A DNA stretch of 64,000 nucleotides, from positions 68,066 to 132,065 of the forward strand of contig JAUSIS010000004.1 of NCBI GenBank assembly GCA_030647355.1. Direction: 5' to 3'. The stretch comes from a bacterium (GTDB lineage: Bacteria; Patescibacteriota; UBA1384; VFKW01). A program made the position numbers and the translations under genes. Under the pieces are notes generated by a model. The model had not been told where the DNA came from. It searched no databases and saw only the letters and a program-made list of their open reading frames with translations. This document shows positions 59,609 to 64,000 of the stretch, one piece after another. Position 1 is the stretch's first letter. Each line of letters begins with the position of its first letter.

Positions 59609-59680
59609 ATGGAGAATAAAATCAAACCAACCGGTTGTTGTGAGCCGTTTAACCCAGAACCATGGCAAGAAAAATTATAA
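59609..59680 (+). CDS. 23-aa peptide MENKIKPTGCCEPFNPEPWQEKL
   Basis: GGGAGG RBS 6 nt upstream. In frame with the downstream gene and separated from it only by a single TAA. Confidence 0.3.
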   Translation: MENKIKPTGCCEPFNPEPWQEKL

Positions 59681-59821
59681 ACTGAACAGGTCAGTATATA
59701 TTATGAAGAAGAAATAAGAATCATCAGGGAGGAAATTATTAAGGATAAAAAAATTATTAAAATTATAACCATAATTTTACTTATATTATCTGGAATAATA
59801 TTTATACTACCAGTTAATATA

Positions 59822-60211
59822 TTGCCGCGTTTTATATCAGAATTGGGGAGAATAATTTCTGATTATTTGAGTGGCTTTTCGCCATACGCATTAATTGCAA
59901 CAATATTAGTATTTAATTTCATTTTTTATTACCAAAAAGAGACGACGGAAAATAATCAAAGGTTGAAATCTATCTTAATCAACGTATTAAATAGTAATTT
60001 TATATGGCTTAGATTTGCCTTTAGCCTGGTCCTTACCAGCATTATCGGTTTAATATTAATGAACTATCAGCTCAACTATTATTATGGCATAATATTCTTC
60101 TACCTACTTCTTTCATTGGTAATGAAAACGCCGAATAACAAACAGAAAAATAAAATTGCGGAGAAAATTCTAGAAAATTCTGAGGTATACCGTCATCCGG
60201 AAAACAATTAA
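59822..60211 (+). CDS. hypothetical membrane protein (start uncertain; the reading frame is open upstream to 59681)
   Basis: TTG start in the track. An AGGGAGG RBS at 59726 precedes a hydrophobic in-frame extension with no ATG. Confidence 0.5.
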   Translation: MPRFISELGRIISDYLSGFSPYALIATILVFNFIFYYQKETTENNQRLKSILINVLNSNFIWLRFAFSLVLTSIIGLILMNYQLNYYYGIIFFYLLLSLVMKTPNNKQKNKIAEKILENSEVYRHPENN

Positions 60212-60233
60212 TATATGAAAGACCGGATATCTA

Positions 60234-60719
60234 ATGAATGAATTAATTTACTTGACTATATTTTCAATTCTAATTCTCGCTGGGGTGATAAGTTTTGTCT
60301 TATTAGTTTTCCCTAGTCATGTTTTTATTTTGATCATTACGCTTGTTTTTGGCTTTGTTGACCATTGGGTACATTTGAAAATATGGGAGTTGTTGGTGCT
60401 GGCTGGGTTGGCCGGAATTATGATTTTCGTTGATTATTTTTCGGGACTACTGGGGGCTAAATTTTTTGGCGCTAGTAGTAAATCACTGCTTTGGGGAGTC
60501 GTGGGATTATTTTTGGGAATATTTTTTTGGCCACCGATAGGAAGTTTAATTGGACTTTTTATCGGGGTATTTATCGCCGAGACGTATTATTTTAAAAAAA
60601 TCAAAAGTGCTGTTCGTGCTGCTTCCGGTTCACTCATCGGTGTTGTGCTCGGACTAATTATAAACATTATCTTGGGACTTGGATTTTTAGGACTCTTTAT
60701 ATGGTTCGGACTGAAGTGA
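60234..60719 (+). CDS. hypothetical polytopic membrane protein
   Basis: 4-5 TM helices. Gly-rich GxxxG packing motifs. Confidence 0.55.
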   Translation: MNELIYLTIFSILILAGVISFVLLVFPSHVFILIITLVFGFVDHWVHLKIWELLVLAGLAGIMIFVDYFSGLLGAKFFGASSKSLLWGVVGLFLGIFFWPPIGSLIGLFIGVFIAETYYFKKIKSAVRAASGSLIGVVLGLIINIILGLGFLGLFIWFGLK

Positions 60720-60802
60720 AAGTCATGGGAATAAAATAAGCCCCCGACGCGAAGTCTGAGGGCTTTTAAGTCAATTGGTCAGGGGTCAGGCTGGTCATAT
60801 TT

Positions 60803-61507
60803 TCAACTCTGGTGTATTCCGGCTTGTCTCAAGATATCCAGACCATGAATTGCATCTTTGTCACCGGGATTGAGCTCCAGAGTCTTCTCAAAACATATCA
60901 GAGCTTTACCCGGATCAAGTAAATCAAGACAGCATTGTCCTTTATTGAACCAGGCAATAGCATAGTCTGGTTTTTCCTGAATCGATCTTTCATATTCCAG
61001 AAGGGCGTCTTGCAGTCGGCCCAACTTAGAATACACAAACCCACGATTGTTGTACGCTTGGGCCAGATTCGGATTGAGCTGAACAGCCTTGTTGTAGAAC
61101 GCGAGCGCTCCTTCAAGTGCTTCCTTACTATCTGGGGCTGATCTGGTTTGTACTTGGACGCCGAATTCGTTGCATTCGACGGCATCCAAATATTCATCCA
61201 ATTCCGGATATCTCGATCCGGATTCGGATTCAACGATGATCGCGAGTCGCTTGGTCATAGTATCGTCGGGGCTAAGTTTCAAAACCTCAACGTAAGCCCT
61301 AAGTGACTCTTCCAATTTACCGAGAGAGTATAGGCAGCTGGCCTTAGAATACCAAGCATTGGTATTTTCAGGATCCAGCTCGATTGCTTTGTTCAGCAAT
61401 TCAAGTGCTTCGTCGAACTTGTTTTGCCCGCAAAGGACGCAAGCTTGCTCGTTAAGTGTAAAGGCTTCTTGTTGTGGATTCATCATTTGTTTCCCTCCGT
61501 TGCTCAC
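60803..61507 (-). CDS. tetratricopeptide (TPR) repeat protein
   Basis: 6 or more 34-aa repeats with the W/LG/Y...A...F...A...P pattern. Confidence 0.8.
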   Translation of the reverse strand: MSNGGKQMMNPQQEAFTLNEQACVLCGQNKFDEALELLNKAIELDPENTNAWYSKASCLYSLGKLEESLRAYVEVLKLSPDDTMTKRLAIIVESESGSRYPELDEYLDAVECNEFGVQVQTRSAPDSKEALEGALAFYNKAVQLNPNLAQAYNNRGFVYSKLGRLQDALLEYERSIQEKPDYAIAWFNKGQCCLDLLDPGKALICFEKTLELNPGDKDAIHGLDILRQAGIHQS

Positions 61508-61654
61508 CTACAAGCACTATCGTAAATGATGGCTTTGGTGGCTGTATTCAAGAGCATTACCCTTGAAGCAACCACTAAAGCGTTTGTTAAATTACGGCCT
61601 AATTATAGTTCAAAACAGGTTAAAAGTCAATAAAAATGCGGCACTATCCCATAC

Positions 61655-61930
61655 ATGCTTTGTACTGTCCCATTTTGTCCCACTATAGGGTATAATGTTC
61701 TTAGAAATGGGACAAAGGTTCTAGACCGACATGTCCCGCCAATTGGGGATAAGATAAAATTGCTTAGAAATAAGTAGGGAATAACGCAGGACGAATTGGC
61801 GAGAAAATCCGATCTTTCCTATACAACGCTGACCAAAATTGAAACAAATGTCATCACTAAGCCCTTTATCCAAACTGTTATGAAGATAGCAACAGGATTA
61901 GAAATTGGTATTGATGATTTAATGAGGTAA
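61655..61930 (+). pseudogene. XRE-family HTH transcriptional regulator interrupted by in-frame TAG (61775-61777) and with a probable G-run frameshift at its start
   Basis: ...PIGDKIKLLRNK*GITQDELARKSDLSYTTLTKIE... is a canonical HTH_XRE helix1-3 pattern split by TAG. With one extra G in GGGG (61745-48), the ATG at 61731 would give MSRQLGDKIKLLRNK. Confidence 0.5.
61714..61741 (+). repeat. 27-nt repeat copy B (AAGGTTCTAGACCGACATGTCCCGCCA)
   Basis: See copy A. Lies inside the 5' region of the XRE pseudogene. Confidence 0.8.
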
Positions 61931-61932
61931 GT

Positions 61933-62937
61933 ATGGAATTGGATAACAATCAAGAAATAAATGATCCTTCACGTAAAAAATCTTTCCTAAAAAAACATTG
62001 GTGGATAGGGCTTACTTTGATGGTTGTTACGATCTTTGCAGGGCTTGTGATAACGAAAATGGTCGCAAAAAAACAGAACCAAAAATCGATACCAGACATT
62101 GCGTACTCGCCAGCGTCTATTCCGACCATTCCCTCAACTAGCGCATCTGCGCTTACCTCGCCACCAACCAGTATGGATGGGATTAATACTCATACGGAAC
62201 TGTATAGTGGTACTGGTGCTGATCAAAATCTAATTACACTTGGCCCCAAAGTTGATGATTATTCAGTATCGACACCCTATACAGGCAAGCAGGGATTTGA
62301 ATTTGAACTTGCCAGTAAAACGCCATTACTTGCACCCATTGATATGACACTGATAGGTTTTCAAAATAATAGTGTCAAAGAAGGAACTGGGGCAGACGGG
62401 ACAAAGTACACACCTTTTAATGATATAGTATTATATTTTGAGTCTACCAGTCCTGATTGGCCAGGCGTGGTCATAAAGTTGTATCATTTATATAGCTCAC
62501 CTCTACTTACTGGGCACTATCAAAATTCAGATTGCGGTGATGTTCAAAGGGGCACTGATGATGCCCAAGTCGAAGGACACCTTTTCTTTGCATATGATGA
62601 CTACACGGTTTCGTCACAAAATAACGCAGAAGCTTGCCAAGCTCTCATCGGACGCAAGGTAAAGCGAGGGGAGCTGATTGGATATGCAGGCAATGTGGGC
62701 GAGCACTCCTTTGCTTCATTCTGTTTCAAGGTGCCGGATAAATCAATAAGTCCGATCGTTAAAAAAGGGAACCGAAATCTGCATTGGGTTCAGCCTGCCT
62801 CATTTTTCTATTGGAAAAGCTATAGCCCCGATGCGGATTTCCCCAGTGGAGTTCTCGCCTACCCCTTTGAAATTGACGGATATCATCTTCCTGCCGAACA
62901 ACGCGATGCAAATTTCAAGTACACTTCGAAGAAATAA
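61933..62937 (+). CDS. membrane-anchored protein with degenerate M23/LytM domain (catalytic His residues lost)
   Basis: RGELIGYAGNVGEHSFASFCFKV aligns to GDIIGYEGSTGNSSGAHVHFKV of the M23 gene at 1091, but HxH becomes SFASF. N-terminal TM and Ser/Thr/Pro linker. Confidence 0.6.
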   Translation: MELDNNQEINDPSRKKSFLKKHWWIGLTLMVVTIFAGLVITKMVAKKQNQKSIPDIAYSPASIPTIPSTSASALTSPPTSMDGINTHTELYSGTGADQNLITLGPKVDDYSVSTPYTGKQGFEFELASKTPLLAPIDMTLIGFQNNSVKEGTGADGTKYTPFNDIVLYFESTSPDWPGVVIKLYHLYSSPLLTGHYQNSDCGDVQRGTDDAQVEGHLFFAYDDYTVSSQNNAEACQALIGRKVKRGELIGYAGNVGEHSFASFCFKVPDKSISPIVKKGNRNLHWVQPASFFYWKSYSPDADFPSGVLAYPFEIDGYHLPAEQRDANFKYTSKK

Positions 62938-62948
62938 TATTGACATAA

Positions 62949-62975
62949 AAGGTTCCAGACCCAGCTGTCCCGCCA
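62949..62975 (+). repeat. 27-nt repeat copy C (AAGGTTCCAGACCCAGCTGTCCCGCCA; ATG becomes CTG)
   Basis: See copy A. Confidence 0.75.
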
Positions 62976-63060
62976 TTCGACTCGCTTTGCTCGCTCATGG
63001 TCTTCGACCAGAGAGCAAACGAGGCGAATGCCCTGAGTTTATCGAAGGGCTGAAAATGAT

Positions 63061-63312
63061 ATGAATTATTTTACATACATTATTCTTTGCGACAATAATA
63101 AATATTATATCGGTCATTCATCTGATGTTGATCGGAGATTTGAACGACATTTCCACAAAAACGGTGCAAAATTTACTGCCCAAAATGTACCGGTGAAGAT
63201 TTTATGGAAACAAGAATTTAATACCGAAATCGAAGCGATTAGACGAGAAAAACAAATTAAGGGTTGGAATAGAGCTAAGAAAGAGAATTTAATTAAAGGA
63301 GTTTGGCAATGA
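63061..63312 (+). CDS. GIY-YIG nuclease superfamily protein (stand-alone, YhbQ/UPF0213-like)
   Basis: YFTYIILCDNNKYYIGHSSDVDRRFERH contains GIY...YIG and the conserved Arg/His. Confidence 0.75.
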   Translation: MNYFTYIILCDNNKYYIGHSSDVDRRFERHFHKNGAKFTAQNVPVKILWKQEFNTEIEAIRREKQIKGWNRAKKENLIKGVWQ

Positions 63313-63653
63313 AGCAATTTGTAAAAATTTATGTTTTTGTCCCAAAATCTCATATTGATAAAATCCGTTCGTCCTTGGGAGAAGCCGGTATTGGCAAAAT
63401 GGGAAACTATGATTATTGTTCTTTTGTTTCGGAAGGAAAAGGATATTTTCGACCCCTAAACGGAGCAAATCCGGCTATTGGAACTGTTGGAAAAGTTGAA
63501 GAAGTAGAAGAAGTCAAGTTAGAATTCGTTTGTTTGGAGTCGGAAATTGAGAAAGTGATGGATGTTATCAAAAAACATCATCCATATGAAGAAGTTGCCT
63601 TGGATGTGATTCCATTATTGGATTTGCCAAGTATCAATAACCCAAAACAATAA
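63303..63653 (+). CDS. conserved hypothetical small protein (beta-alpha-beta, possibly PII-like/NIF3-insert-like fold)
   Basis: 116 aa. Overlaps the GIY-YIG stop by 10 nt. The fold assignment is by pattern recollection only. Confidence 0.45.
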   Translation: MAMKQFVKIYVFVPKSHIDKIRSSLGEAGIGKMGNYDYCSFVSEGKGYFRPLNGANPAIGTVGKVEEVEEVKLEFVCLESEIEKVMDVIKKHHPYEEVALDVIPLLDLPSINNPKQ

Positions 63654-63678
63654 GTTCTAGACCCACATGTCCCGCCAG
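63652..63678 (+). repeat. 27-nt repeat copy D (AAGTTCTAGACCCACATGTCCCGCCA)
   Basis: See copy A. Its ATG opens a 21-aa ORF MSRQLGNVFVGSPSARARQPK. Confidence 0.75.
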
Positions 63679-63793
63679 TTAGGAAATGTCTTTGTTGGCT
63701 CGCCCTCTGCGAGGGCTCGCCAGCCCAAATGAGAAGAAAATTGGAATTTTTTGTCCACTCGTGACAAATATAATTTAGGAGTATAATAAAATT

Positions 63794-64000
63794 ATGAACA
63801 AATACATTCGACAAGCTCAATATAAAAAAGCCATGCCTACCGGCAGACAGGGATTTTCAAAACTCATCTTGGTAATTGTTATAGGGTTAGCACTTGTCAT
63901 TGCCGGAGGCATTTTTTGGTATTCTCGGCATTCGGTTCAAAAATCGTCGTCTAGCAAAACACCTTCAATTACGACCGATGTCTCATCCCTATCCGACGCT
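63794..64000 (+). CDS. membrane-anchored hypothetical protein, 3' partial (runs off the window)
   Basis: ATG after a promoter-like GTGACA...TATAAT and GGAG. N-terminal TM LILVIVIGLALVIAGGIFWY. No stop before the window end. Confidence 0.4.
   Translation, partial: MNKYIRQAQYKKAMPTGRQGFSKLILVIVIGLALVIAGGIFWYSRHSVQKSSSSKTPSITTDVSSLSDA

Noticed and set aside
61690-61698. GGGTATAAT considered purely as a -10 promoter element
   Set aside because: It also lies inside the open frame-2 extension (MLCTVPFCPTIGYNVLRNGTKVLDRHVPP) of the XRE pseudogene. Whether it is promoter or coding cannot be decided from sequence alone.
10313-61930. In-frame TAA/TAG stops considered as evidence for stop-codon reassignment (alternative genetic code)
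   Set aside because: ftsH, lepA, murJ, rpoD and dnaG end in TAA and valS ends in TAG. All are at expected lengths and several are followed by terminator hairpins. UGA is also used as a stop (paralog 1). The standard code fits.
62831-63064. 77-aa ORF overlapping the end of the dLytM gene and repeat C
   Set aside because: It overlaps a better-supported gene in another frame and has no RBS. It contains a hairpin CTCGCTTTGCTC...GAGCAAACGAGG that is more consistent with a noncoding terminator region.
59509-63678. The four 27-nt repeats considered as a CRISPR array
   Set aside because: Spacing is irregular (2.2, 1.2 and 0.7 kb). The spacers are whole genes. There is no tight repeat-spacer periodicity and no cas genes.

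Overview
This 64 kb window comes from a low-GC bacterial genome. The standard genetic code is inferred, because confident genes end in TAA or TAG followed by terminators. Strong RBSs are frequent and TTG/GTG starts are common. The gene content (ftsH, lepA, murJ, dnaG-rpoD, a probable valS, a heavy-metal P-type ATPase, many secreted or Ig-like surface proteins, a pilin-like gene) resembles a reduced-genome uncultured lineage, possibly Patescibacteria/CPR; that is inference only. Core content, in order: a CcdA-like membrane protein (5' partial); a frameshifted M23 peptidase; an ICMT-family methyltransferase; an ABC transporter pair; two Met-rich small proteins; a P1B-type ATPase; a D-2-hydroxyacid dehydrogenase; a DEAD-box helicase; a SAM methyltransferase; tRNA-Asn; a LOG-like protein; a beta-CASP RNase; a CsoR-like repressor; an L,D-transpeptidase; tRNA-Ile(UAU); a CAP-domain protein; a large surface protein; a DivIC-like protein; tRNA-Met and tRNA-fMet; ftsH; a pilin-like protein; murJ; two large secreted HExxH proteins; a TolB-like protein; lepA. 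The most unusual locus is a tightly packed minus-strand operon at 34.1-41.7 kb. It contains four paralogs that share a C-terminal PEP-utilizing 'swivel' phosphohistidine domain but have unrelated N-terminal domains. It also contains one stand-alone PPDK_N-type ATP-grasp nucleotide-binding protein, an acidic histidine-phosphatase-like protein and a small unknown protein. Together this looks like a split, multiplexed rifampin-phosphotransferase/PEP-synthase-like phosphotransfer system. Downstream of it lie a bPH_2 pair, a 1604-aa alpha-2-macroglobulin-like protein, tRNA-Leu, an RRM protein, a ZIP transporter, a probable valS, a Cys-less Bcp homolog, a GT4 glycosyltransferase, rpoD, dnaG and tRNA-Ser. 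The last 4.5 kb is an accessory-looking region punctuated by four copies of a 27-nt repeat carrying an ATG (MSRQLG...). It contains an XRE regulator pseudogene, a degenerate LytM protein, a GIY-YIG protein and membrane proteins. The window has several single in-frame stop codons and frameshifts; these may be pseudogenes or sequence errors.
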